The notes under the pieces: model-generated
The model's input: only the letters and a program-made list of their open reading frames with translations
The model's database searches: none
What the model was told of the DNA's origin: nothing
Part shown: positions 9,788 to 18,900 of the stretch, piece by piece
Layout of the letters: every line of letters starts with the position of its first letter
How positions within the stretch are numbered: position 1 is the first letter of the stretch
Translations under genes and position numbers: made by a program
Source: Bifidobacterium catenulatum
GTDB taxonomy: Bacteria > Bacillota > Clostridia > Lachnospirales > Lachnospiraceae
Direction: 5' to 3'
Length of the DNA: 47,764 bases
Assembly: GCA_963600665.1 (NCBI GenBank)
Contig: CAVCCL010000197.1
Coordinates: 1-47,764 of the forward strand

Positions 9788-10996
9788 ATGATAGCAATTT
9801 TTATCGCACCATTTTACATAGCGTTAAATATATATTTGTTCTGGAGAATAAAGGGCTGGGTACAGGCATATTTTCCGAAACTCAAAGGTAAGAAGGGCTG
9901 GATAGTCCCGATAGTGTTATATGCATTTCTGGCGTCGGCACTGGTGATCGCGTTCTTCCTGCCACAGGGAAGTTTCAGACGAGGCATGAAGCTGGTGGGA
10001 AATTACTGGCTGGGCGTTCTGCTGTATATGATATTTTTCATAGTGATAGCTGAGCTTGGAAGATTCCTTCTGCTCCATGTATTCAGAGTTAGCAAAGAAA
10101 AACTATGCGTGCCGAGGGTCCACAGAATAGTGGGATGCGTGTGCGCAACGCTCATTATATGCATATCCATCTGGGGAGTAGTAAATGCGAGACTTGTGCG
10201 GGTGACACCTTATGACGTGACTATCAACAAGGAAGTCCAGGACGAGAATGGTCAGAAAATGGATTCCATGAAGATAGTGCTGGTTGCGGATCTCCATCTT
10301 GGATACAACATTGGCACAAGACAGGTTCAGAGAATAGTAAATTCCATAAATAAGCAGGATGCAGATCTTGTGTTGATAGCTGGCGATATATTTGATAATG
10401 AGTGGGAAGCCGTTGACCAGCCAGAGAAGCTTGAGGAAATACTCCGGGGAATCAAGTCGAAGTATGGTGTGTATGCATGCTATGGCAACCACGATATACA
10501 GGAGCAGGTGCTTGCCGGATTTACATTTGGCGGGAAACAGGAGAAGACCAGCAGCCCGGAGATGGACGAGTTTATGGAGAAAGCGGGAATTAAACTTCTT
10601 CGTGACGAGGGTGTGCTGATCAACGATTCCATATATATCTATGGACGCCGCGATGCCCACAGACCGGGAAACGGAGTCACTGACAGAGTATCGGCAGATG
10701 AGATAACGAAAGATGTGGACAAGTCCAAAGTTATCATAGTTCTCGATCACGAACCCAAGGAGCTGGAGGAGCTGTCGTCGGCAGGTGTGGATATGGACCT
10801 GTGTGGACACACCCATGATGGACAGATGTTCCCAGGCAACATACTTGTGGCGATGATGTGGGAAAATTCTTGCGGTTACTTGAATGTTGACGGAATGCAC
10901 AACATAGTGACTTCCGGAGTTGGGGTGTTTGGACCGGATATGAGAGTTGGAACCAAGGCAGAGATATGTCCGATAACGGTGCATTTTCAAGAATAG
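9788..10996 (+). CDS. Membrane-anchored metallophosphoesterase (YkuE/YaeI-like)
   Basis: N-terminal TM helices; DLH, GDIFD, GNHD, HEP and GHTHDGQ calcineurin-like motifs; SD AAGGAG. Confidence 0.92.
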   Translation: MIAIFIAPFYIALNIYLFWRIKGWVQAYFPKLKGKKGWIVPIVLYAFLASALVIAFFLPQGSFRRGMKLVGNYWLGVLLYMIFFIVIAELGRFLLLHVFRVSKEKLCVPRVHRIVGCVCATLIICISIWGVVNARLVRVTPYDVTINKEVQDENGQKMDSMKIVLVADLHLGYNIGTRQVQRIVNSINKQDADLVLIAGDIFDNEWEAVDQPEKLEEILRGIKSKYGVYACYGNHDIQEQVLAGFTFGGKQEKTSSPEMDEFMEKAGIKLLRDEGVLINDSIYIYGRRDAHRPGNGVTDRVSADEITKDVDKSKVIIVLDHEPKELEELSSAGVDMDLCGHTHDGQMFPGNILVAMMWENSCGYLNVDGMHNIVTSGVGVFGPDMRVGTKAEICPITVHFQE

Positions 10997-11122
10997 TATG
11001 TAAAAGGTGGTCGGAAGTGACAATATGTAACGATGGTCTAAATTTATATTCAATCTGCTTCTTTGTTATAGCGGCTATTGTAAATTAAAAATATCCCCCC
11101 AGATTAATTTATTGTATTCGAG

Positions 11123-11167
11123 AAACAATCAAGGCTGTACCAATATTAATTTAGTACAGCCCTGATT
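11123..11167 (-). terminator. Putative terminator
   Basis: AATCAAGGCTGTAC / GTACAGCCCTGATT inverted repeat between convergent genes. Confidence 0.6.
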
Positions 11168-11170
11168 ATT

Positions 11171-12043
11171 TTACTTATATTCTGTTTTGGTTTCTCCACA
11201 ACCAGTACAGTAATATACGGTTCCAATTACTACATCTTCTTCGTGGCACGAGCCATCACAATTATAAACTTCCACGAGATCCGGGGAGCCATCTGGTTTA
11301 GTAAATCCAACATCTACCCATGACGTTCCTGTTTCCTTTTGATGCTGACTCATTCCCTCTTTCGTTATATCAGCTCCACACGTATTACAAAAGATATGAT
11401 TTGACGTTATATCATGGTCTTTAGCCCATTTGTGCACATGTTGTGTATCAGCCGTCTTCGTACTCCTCTTACCATTCTTATCAAAATAGTAAGTCTTGCC
11501 ATCTATCTTACAGGAAGTGTTCTTCATAAGACTCCATTTTTTAGTACCGTGATTGTATTTGTAAAGTTTCTGAGACTTTTTAACATACCTTTTTGAGACG
11601 ATTCCACCCTTTTCAAGAAAATAAACATTTCCCTTGGAATCCTTCACAGTGGTCTGTTTTCTGACAAGAACTCCGCCTTTGCCGACATAATGAAGTTTTT
11701 TGTCGGACAGGGTTATAACCGTTTTGTCAAGTCTTACGAATTTCTTCTTTGATGCCACGAATTTGCTGATGTATGTCTTTGAGCCCTTCTTTGTCTGCTT
11801 GTACTGAACTTTGTAGGTGCTTCCGAGCTTAACCTTGAGGTTGCTGTTCACTGCCACCCAGCCGGATTTCTTTACCTTGCTTCCATTTTTGTAGCAATAG
11901 TAATAACCATTTGATGATTTTCTGAGACCATTTTTTGCCTGTGCTGCCTGTGCGCTGCCCATAGGGATGATCGATACGATCATTGTCAGAGCAATTACAA
12001 ATGTCAGAATACGTTTAAATACCTTTGATGAATGTGAACCCAT
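11171..12043 (-). CDS. Secreted Lys-rich protein with cell-wall-binding-like repeats and C-terminal Cys/His motif
   Basis: SD AAGGGAGG before ATG 12043; signal peptide ending AQA-A; YYFDKNGK-type repeats; HVHKW...CNTC...CTGC tail. Confidence 0.75.
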   Translation of the reverse strand: MGSHSSKVFKRILTFVIALTMIVSIIPMGSAQAAQAKNGLRKSSNGYYYCYKNGSKVKKSGWVAVNSNLKVKLGSTYKVQYKQTKKGSKTYISKFVASKKKFVRLDKTVITLSDKKLHYVGKGGVLVRKQTTVKDSKGNVYFLEKGGIVSKRYVKKSQKLYKYNHGTKKWSLMKNTSCKIDGKTYYFDKNGKRSTKTADTQHVHKWAKDHDITSNHIFCNTCGADITKEGMSQHQKETGTSWVDVGFTKPDGSPDLVEVYNCDGSCHEEDVVIGTVYYCTGCGETKTEYK

Positions 12044-12386
12044 TTCATTCCCTCCCTTAGAAAATAAAAATATGTCGTCATGCGTATGCGAGATGACTTC
12101 GCACATCTAAGCATACTATATCATAACATGATTTAATTATAGCAATAGTGCCCGGCTAAGCCAAGCGGGAAAATATAAGTGATCCACAAAATCAATCACC
12201 GCATAATATTTCGTCAACCACCCACATAACTTAATTAATAAAGGAAAACGACCATAACACCACAATACCCTAGACTTTACAGCAAAAATACAGTAAATTT
12301 ACGGGTATATAAACTGGTTCGGAGCAAACTCTGGGGAGCGCCGGATCGGATAATATGATAACTTGAAAAAAGAGGGAGGCGATTGT

Positions 12387-14114
12387 ATGGAAAAGTTAAG
12401 TGAGATCGTGTCGGCGGTGGACGGATTCGTGTGGGGACCGGTCATGCTGGTGCTCCTTGTTGGAACGGGAATTTTCCTGACGATCAGGACCGGATTTCTG
12501 ACATGGAGGAATCTCGGATATGCGCTGAAGAGCACGCTTAGCAAGGAGGCAAGGACAAAGAGCAGAGGAACCGGAGATGTATCGCCATTTTCAGCGCTGA
12601 CAACGGCACTTGCGGCAACCATCGGAACGGGAAATATCGTTGGTGTTGCGACGGCCATGGTATCGGGAGGTCCGGGAGCCCTCGTGTGGATGTGGATATC
12701 GGCGGCATTTGGACTGACGTCTAAGTTCTCAGAGTGCATGCTTGCCATAAAATACCGCGAGGTGAATGCCAAGGGCGAGATGAGTGGCGGCCCTATGTAT
12801 ACCATGAAGAAGGCATTCAAGAATAAGAAAGTTGGCGCAACGCTGGGCTGGCTGTTCGCATTGTTTGCGGTCATAGCATCATTTGGAATTGGAAATATGA
12901 CACAGGCAAATTCCATATCAGAGTCTCTCAGCAGCACGTTTAGCGTGCCTACATATGTGACAGGAATCATACTCACGGTATTTGCCCTTCTTATAATAGT
13001 TGGAGGAATCAAGACAATATCAAAGGTGTCATCGGTGGTGGTTCCGCTCATGGCAATATTCTATGTAGTTGCAGGCCTTATCGTGATCATAGTGAACATC
13101 CACAATGTTCCGGCCGGAGTTGCCATGATATTCAAGATGGCATTCTCAGCGAAGGCTGTGGGCGGCGGACTGTGTGGATCGATCACTGCGGCGATGATGA
13201 ACGCCATGAGATACGGTGTGGCCAGAGGAGTTTTCTCAAATGAAGCCGGTATGGGTTCAGCGGCCATCACAGCGGCAGCGGCTACCACAGACAATCCTGT
13301 CCGTCAGGGTTATATCAACATGACCGGTACATTCTGGGATACGATAGTAGTGTGTACCATCACAGGACTTTGTATCGCATCTTCGGGCGTACTTGGAATC
13401 ACGGAGAACAGCACAAAGGGAAGCTATCAGGTGAATGGAACTTCGATCACGGTGGAGGCCACGGATTCGGACAACAAGACAACGACTACAGATTATACAT
13501 TTGAATTTACAGACGACCAGCTCATTCTCACCGATGCGTCAAATTCTGCAAACATCTTGGCACTCTCGGCTGTTCCGGCAGATGAACTCAACCAGAACGA
13601 TGACGCAAAGCTTGCCGATGACCTTGCAGTGACGGAGAGCAAGGCTGAGGTAGGAGAACTTACCGGTACGTGGTCAGATGCAGCCGGAAATCATTATACA
13701 TTTGCCGGTGAAGGAACATTTGCATGCTCAACTGTCATCAAGGGAGCAGCGCTCACGATCCTGTCGTTTGGCTCGGCTCTGGGAAAGGTTGGCGGATGGC
13801 TTGTCACCATAGGAATAGTGCTCTTTGCATTTTCAACTATCCTGGGATGGGAGTACCACGGCGAGAAGGCATTTGAGTATCTGCTCAAATCTCACAAATA
13901 CAATATGATATACAGAATCGTGTTCTCGCTCGTTGTATACATAGGAGCAACGATATCTCTGGATCTTGTATGGAACTTCTCAGATATAGCGAATGCCCTC
14001 ATGGCGATTCCGAACCTTATCTGCATGCTGGCATTAAGCGGTGAGATCGCAAAGGACATCAGGGAATTCCAGGCGGTTATCAAAGCGGAGAAGGCTGAGA
14101 AAGCAGCAGAGTAG
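12387..14114 (+). CDS. Alanine/glycine:cation symporter (AGCS family) with large loop insertion
   Basis: ATIGTGNI, GGPGALVWMW, RGVFSNEAGMGS, DTIVVCT and FAFSTILGW motifs; SD GGGAGG before ATG 12387. Confidence 0.93.
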   Translation: MEKLSEIVSAVDGFVWGPVMLVLLVGTGIFLTIRTGFLTWRNLGYALKSTLSKEARTKSRGTGDVSPFSALTTALAATIGTGNIVGVATAMVSGGPGALVWMWISAAFGLTSKFSECMLAIKYREVNAKGEMSGGPMYTMKKAFKNKKVGATLGWLFALFAVIASFGIGNMTQANSISESLSSTFSVPTYVTGIILTVFALLIIVGGIKTISKVSSVVVPLMAIFYVVAGLIVIIVNIHNVPAGVAMIFKMAFSAKAVGGGLCGSITAAMMNAMRYGVARGVFSNEAGMGSAAITAAAATTDNPVRQGYINMTGTFWDTIVVCTITGLCIASSGVLGITENSTKGSYQVNGTSITVEATDSDNKTTTTDYTFEFTDDQLILTDASNSANILALSAVPADELNQNDDAKLADDLAVTESKAEVGELTGTWSDAAGNHYTFAGEGTFACSTVIKGAALTILSFGSALGKVGGWLVTIGIVLFAFSTILGWEYHGEKAFEYLLKSHKYNMIYRIVFSLVVYIGATISLDLVWNFSDIANALMAIPNLICMLALSGEIAKDIREFQAVIKAEKAEKAAE

Positions 14115-14160
14115 GATATGGATAGAAAATGTAAGTCCATGTTATATAATGAATGAAAAG

Positions 14161-14198
14161 AAAAAGGAAAGCTGTCAAGGTTGACGGCCTTCCTTTTT
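14161..14198. terminator. Bidirectional terminator
   Basis: AAAAAGGAAAGCTGTCAA / TTGACGGCCTTCCTTTTT between convergent genes. Confidence 0.8.
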
Positions 14199-14211
14199 GT
14201 GTGATACAGAA

Positions 14212-14442
14212 TTAACTTTCAAGTTTTATATTAAGATTATTGATCTGTTCTTTTAATTTGTTGATCTCATCGATAAGAGCAGATTGTTCATTCTTCTGTT
14301 TAGCTATAATCTTTTCCTGTTCAGCGATAGTGTTCTCCTGCTCGGCAATCTCAGCGTCTTTTTCTACAATCTGTTTCTTCATATCGTCGATCATAAATTG
14401 GATCGTATTCTGGTCAAGTATTCTTAAAGCTTCAGAAAACAT
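14212..14442 (-). CDS. Putative internally initiated small Rpn product (76 aa)
   Basis: In-frame ATG at 14442 preceded by GGAGGAGGTGCTTAAT (AGGAGGT, 7-nt spacer). Confidence 0.55.
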   Translation of the reverse strand: MFSEALRILDQNTIQFMIDDMKKQIVEKDAEIAEQENTIAEQEKIIAKQKNEQSALIDEINKLKEQINNLNIKLES

Positions 14443-15270
14443 ATTAAGCACCTCCTCCGGGTTCTCAAGGTACCTGGCCATATCTCTATATATAGGTTCG
14501 ACCCATGGGTATTCATTGATCACCGATTGTAATTCATCGATGTTGTCGATGGACAGAAGAGAAAGCCAGCCGTTGAGAGTTGTATGTTCATGTTTTCTTT
14601 CAGAATAATAGTATTTTTTAAACACGTCAAGCGGAATAAGATAATATTTTTGAAGCAATTTGATGTCTATTTCAGAGTCAAATCTGGTTTCTCCAAAGTG
14701 TACAAAATGTTCTCTGAGATCGTCAGATTTCATGACGGAAGGGCTGTCCTCGAATATGATGATAGTATATACATTTTTCAGACTGCTGTAAGAGAAGGTT
14801 TTGTTGTCATTGTCTGCCTGCCCTTTGACGCGGCTGTACTGTCTGAGAAGAAGATCAGCGGAATAACACGACATTCTTTCTCCGGGAAAGTAGTAGGACA
14901 TTTTTTGAATTTCAACGTTGGCGATGGAGCCGTCATGAAGTTCAACCAGAATGTCCATGATAAGCAGTGCTGTTCCGTGAAGCAAATGTTCTTCGTTTGA
15001 CAAAACACATTTGACAGTGACAGGTACTCCAATGATGCTGCTTATAAAACTGGAAAGCCGTTCAGGGTATATATCCGGGTTAAATATCTTTTTAAAGATT
15101 GGATCGTATGTTAATGGAAGGGTGCTTTTGCCAGACATAAAATCTATCAGTCTCTTCTTTAAGTCTGGAGTTAGAGTATTAAATTGTGGATAGGTGCGAA
15201 ATTTATTAAAAGTGTCAGTATGACTGGCCTCCGGAAAAATCTCTCGAATATTTGTATGTGATATGGTCAT
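14212..15270 (-). CDS. Rpn-family / PD-(D/E)XK nuclease family 'transposase' with C-terminal coiled coil
   Basis: DPIFKKIF, MDILV...ANVEIQ and ERMSCYSA...QY motifs; heptad-repeat tail; more AT-rich than its neighbours. Confidence 0.88.
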   Translation of the reverse strand: MTISHTNIREIFPEASHTDTFNKFRTYPQFNTLTPDLKKRLIDFMSGKSTLPLTYDPIFKKIFNPDIYPERLSSFISSIIGVPVTVKCVLSNEEHLLHGTALLIMDILVELHDGSIANVEIQKMSYYFPGERMSCYSADLLLRQYSRVKGQADNDNKTFSYSSLKNVYTIIIFEDSPSVMKSDDLREHFVHFGETRFDSEIDIKLLQKYYLIPLDVFKKYYYSERKHEHTTLNGWLSLLSIDNIDELQSVINEYPWVEPIYRDMARYLENPEEVLNMFSEALRILDQNTIQFMIDDMKKQIVEKDAEIAEQENTIAEQEKIIAKQKNEQSALIDEINKLKEQINNLNIKLES

Positions 15271-15376
15271 AGTTTCTCCTTTGTGTAGATTGAAAGGGTT
15301 TTCAGAGTTATATAAACACCAGGTAGATCACATAAATGACTGGCCAGTCGATAATGAAATCGGTGTGTTGAAACGG

Positions 15377-15405
15377 ACTATATCACAGGAAAATAGAGGT
15401 GTCAA
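15377..15405 (-). promoter_or_regulatory. Sigma-A promoter of Rpn gene
   Basis: Minus strand TTGACA-N17-TATAGT with extended TG. Confidence 0.7.
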
Positions 15406-15735
15406 CAGGTAAAATAACACCTTATTATACATAAAATCAAATATTAATATACGACGTGGATATACATTTGAATGTAGATGACGATATTACTGAGAAATAT
15501 GTAGACAGGCATTAACATCAAATTATACAAGAATGAAAAATAAATTTTTTTTATATTCTCTTAACCAGACTTTATACTTACTTTATTTTTTGTCCAAATT
15601 ATGTTCATAAGTGGTGGGTATTATATAGAACAGATAGTATGGTGAATGTGTGGAATAAAGGTTAAACGAAGAAGCATCACCATTGTCTGGCGTAGATATT
15701 ATATCGCAAAACTTGCAACAGAGAGGTTGACATAT

Positions 15736-17499
15736 ATGAGCAGAGTAATAGGAATAGACTTGGGAACAACAAATAGCTGTGTGGCAGTCCTTGAGGGCGA
15801 TCAGCCAACTGTCATACCGAATTCGGAGGGCGGCAGAACAACGCCTTCCATAGTCGCCATCACAAAGGATGGAGAGAGACTGGTGGGTGAGGCTGCCAGG
15901 AGACAGATGACCGTCAATGTCGACAGGACGATCACATCCATCAAGAGAGAGATGGGAACGGCTTACAGAAAGAGGATAGATGGCAAAGATTATTCGCCGC
16001 AGGAGATTTCAGCAATCATACTTTCCAAGCTGAAGAGCGATGCCGAGAGTTATCTGGGCGGCCCGGTATCTGATGCGGTCATAACAGTTCCGGCATACTT
16101 TGACGACAGCCAGAGACAGGCCACCAAGGACGCCGGAAGAATAGCGGGGCTGAATGTGCTCCGAATCATAAATGAGCCGACATCGGCGGCTCTTGCATAT
16201 GGCCTTGACAATGGTCAGGCACAGAAAATACTTGTATACGACCTGGGCGGCGGAACATTTGACGTGTCGGTTATAGAGATAGGGGACAGTGTCATAGAGG
16301 TTCTTGCCACAGCGGGAGACAATCATCTGGGCGGAGATGATTTTGATGAGAGACTGCTGGATCACGTCATCAAGACCTTTAAAAAGGAGACAAAGGTCAA
16401 TCTGGCGAAGGATATCACAGCATCCCAGCGAGTGAGGGAAGCCTGTGAGAATGCCAAGAAGGAGCTCTCATTTGCGCAGACGGCACACATCAATCTGCCA
16501 TTTATATCGACAGTGAAGAATCAGCCGGTGCATCTGGATATGACGATAACCAGGGAGCAGTTCAATGAACTCACCTATGACCTGGTGGAGAGAACGGCGG
16601 GACCTGTAAATCAGGCGTTATCCGATGCGGGCATAACGAGAGATCAGATAGATAAAGTGCTGCTAGTTGGCGGTTCCACCCGTATACCGGCGGTCGTGGA
16701 CAAGGTTCGTGCCATAACCGGCAGGGAGCCTTCCAAGAATATGAACCCGGATGAGTGCGTTGCCATGGGCGCGGCGGTGCAGGGAAGCAAGCTCAGCGGC
16801 GAGCTCACTGTGTCAAACAAGGTGAACGACATTCTCCTCATGGACGTGACTCCGCTTTCGCTGTCCATCGAGACCCTCGGAGGCGTGGCAAATGTCATTA
16901 TTCCGAGAAATTCAGCCATCCCGACCAGGGCATCAAAGATATTTACCACTGCCGGTAATTTCCAGAGGGATGTCGAGATTAAGGTGTACCAGGGCGAGAG
17001 ACATTTCACGAGAGACAACAAACTGTTGGGTAATTTCAGACTTAGCGGTATCAAGCGCGCCATGGCGGGCGTTCCTCAGATCGAGGTCACATTTGACATG
17101 GATGCAAATGGTATCCTCAAGGTTTCGGCAAAGGATCTGGGCCGTGGTGTGGAGCAGCAGATAGTGATCACATCCAGCACCAACCTCTCAGAGGAGGAGA
17201 TCCGCAGAGCCAGGGAGGATGCGAAGAAGTACGAGGATGATGTAGCCGGAGCCAAGGAGTTCAGAGACATTATGAACGAGGCCGAGGCGTATGTATACAA
17301 GGTGGAGAATCTTCTTGAGACCAAGGGCGCACAGCTTGACAAGAAGGAAATGAAGCGGATCAAGAGCGACTGCGAGTACCTTAAGAAGCTTGTGACACGA
17401 ACTGATATGAACCATGTCGATGACGTGGAGATGGGCAGGATGAAAGAAGCCTACAGGCAGCTTCAGGAGTCGGCGGAGAAGCTGGAGAGTTTGGCATAA
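15736..17499 (+). CDS. dnaK: Hsp70/DnaK-family chaperone (probable non-housekeeping paralogue)
   Basis: [37 protein letters not shown] and DVTPLSL linker; SD GAGG before ATG 15736; no hrcA/grpE nearby and no acidic tail. Confidence 0.9.
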   Translation: MSRVIGIDLGTTNSCVAVLEGDQPTVIPNSEGGRTTPSIVAITKDGERLVGEAARRQMTVNVDRTITSIKREMGTAYRKRIDGKDYSPQEISAIILSKLKSDAESYLGGPVSDAVITVPAYFDDSQRQATKDAGRIAGLNVLRIINEPTSAALAYGLDNGQAQKILVYDLGGGTFDVSVIEIGDSVIEVLATAGDNHLGGDDFDERLLDHVIKTFKKETKVNLAKDITASQRVREACENAKKELSFAQTAHINLPFISTVKNQPVHLDMTITREQFNELTYDLVERTAGPVNQALSDAGITRDQIDKVLLVGGSTRIPAVVDKVRAITGREPSKNMNPDECVAMGAAVQGSKLSGELTVSNKVNDILLMDVTPLSLSIETLGGVANVIIPRNSAIPTRASKIFTTAGNFQRDVEIKVYQGERHFTRDNKLLGNFRLSGIKRAMAGVPQIEVTFDMDANGILKVSAKDLGRGVEQQIVITSSTNLSEEEIRRAREDAKKYEDDVAGAKEFRDIMNEAEAYVYKVENLLETKGAQLDKKEMKRIKSDCEYLKKLVTRTDMNHVDDVEMGRMKEAYRQLQESAEKLESLA

Positions 17500-17548
17500 C
17501 GGAAATCTTCATATATAATATTAGGAAATTGCGAGGAGAATGGTGATT

Positions 17549-17944
17549 ATGAAAGACAAATTTATAAGATTTATGAGATCCAGGTACGGCAACGATCAGT
17601 TGTCGTCATTTCTGACCTGGGGCGGATTGATATTAATGGTACTGGATGCATTTATCAAGACAGGCATATTTTATTTCCTTGGCTTGTTCATGTTCATTTA
17701 CGGATATGTGAGGATCATGTCCAAGAACTATGACAAGCGCGCGGCCCAGAACAGATGGTTTATGGAGCACACCGCGGGCGTGAGAAATATATTCAAGCGC
17801 GCGAAGAAGCAGAAGGAAGCTGGCAAGGAATACAAGATATTTGTCTGCAGCAAATGTCAGCAGATGATCAGGGTTCCGAGGGGCAAGGGCAAGATAGAGA
17901 TCAGATGCCCTAAGTGCGGCAACAGATTTGTGAAGAAGTCTTAG
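17549..17944 (+). CDS. Small membrane protein with C-terminal zinc ribbon
   Basis: RYGNDQL, two TM helices, CSKC...RVPRGKGKIEIRCPKC; start 17549 fits the SD spacing better than 17540. Confidence 0.8.
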   Translation: MKDKFIRFMRSRYGNDQLSSFLTWGGLILMVLDAFIKTGIFYFLGLFMFIYGYVRIMSKNYDKRAAQNRWFMEHTAGVRNIFKRAKKQKEAGKEYKIFVCSKCQQMIRVPRGKGKIEIRCPKCGNRFVKKS

Positions 17945-17997
17945 CGATGATGCGGACTTAGATATTTTGAGTTGAAATACAGCGTGGAGATAGAGAA

Positions 17998-18897
17998 ATG
18001 TTTGGATACATAGTGGTGAACCAGCCTGAACTTAAGATGAAGGAATACGATGAATATCGCAGATATTACTGTGGCCTGTGCAAATCGCTGAAGGACAGAT
18101 ACGGTGCGAGAGGGCAGATCAGTCTCAGCTACGATATGACATTTCTGGTTCTTCTTCTGACGGGACTGTACGAACCGGAGAAGCACTCGGGTAGCAGAAG
18201 ATGTATTGCGCACCCGACATCGAAGCATACTTATGTACAGAATGAGTACACGGACTATGTTGCAGACATGAACGTGATCCTTACTTATTATAAATGTATA
18301 GACGACTGGGATGATGAGCATATGCTTACCCGTAAGCTGTATGCGGATGTGCTGCTTGCAGGAAAAAATGGCAGGAGGCTCAAGGAAGATTATCCACAGA
18401 AGATCCAGGTCATAGCGGAGAACCTCAAGGCGATAAGCGAGCTGGAGGATGCGGGATCCGATGACATGGATGCATTGTCAGGGCATTTCGGCAATATCAT
18501 GGCAGAGATCTGCGCGCCGAACCATGATGAGTGGGAATCATATCTCCGAACCATAGGCTATTATCTGGGCAAATTTGTCTACATAATGGACGCGTATGAC
18601 GATATAGAGAAGGATATAGGTGCCGGAAATTACAATCCGTTCGTGTGCAGGCTTGCGCATGAGCTGGGTGTTGAGGTACAATCAGTTGGTGTGGATAATC
18701 CCATAGAACAGGGCAAATGGCAGGAGCTTGCAGAGTGGACGAAGGATGTCCTGATGATGATGGTGGCTCCGCTTGCAAAGGAGTATGAGATGCTTCCTAT
18801 TATTGAGAATGTAGGAATACTCAGGAACATAATATACTCGGGAATATGGGAAGCATATTATGCGACCACAAATAGAAGATGCGGCGATGAGGAATAG
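17998..18897 (+). CDS. DUF5685-like protein
   Basis: MFGY, YCGLC, LSYDMTF, RCIAHP, YKCIDDWDDE and YIMDAYDDIEKD..GNYNP motifs; recognised from memory. Confidence 0.75.
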   Translation: MFGYIVVNQPELKMKEYDEYRRYYCGLCKSLKDRYGARGQISLSYDMTFLVLLLTGLYEPEKHSGSRRCIAHPTSKHTYVQNEYTDYVADMNVILTYYKCIDDWDDEHMLTRKLYADVLLAGKNGRRLKEDYPQKIQVIAENLKAISELEDAGSDDMDALSGHFGNIMAEICAPNHDEWESYLRTIGYYLGKFVYIMDAYDDIEKDIGAGNYNPFVCRLAHELGVEVQSVGVDNPIEQGKWQELAEWTKDVLMMMVAPLAKEYEMLPIIENVGILRNIIYSGIWEAYYATTNRRCGDEE

Positions 18898-18900
18898 ATT

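Noticed and set aside
10103..11053. Long antisense ORFs (also 12299-13051, 24347-25078, 30213-30911, 43440-44012 and others)
   Set aside because: Shadows of well-supported opposite-strand genes; no SD or recognisable motifs
12314..12349. Glycine riboswitch upstream of the AGCS symporter
   Set aside because: Only a short GU-rich hairpin with a GGAGCAAACTCT resemblance; the GGAGA/CCGAAG/CTCAGG cores and tandem length are missing
14212..15270. Insertion sequence
   Set aside because: No terminal inverted repeats or target duplication seen; PD-(D/E)XK Rpn proteins are not DDE transposases
15410..15735. CIRCE element before the dnaK-like gene
   Set aside because: No TTAGCACTC-N9-GAGTGCTAA match
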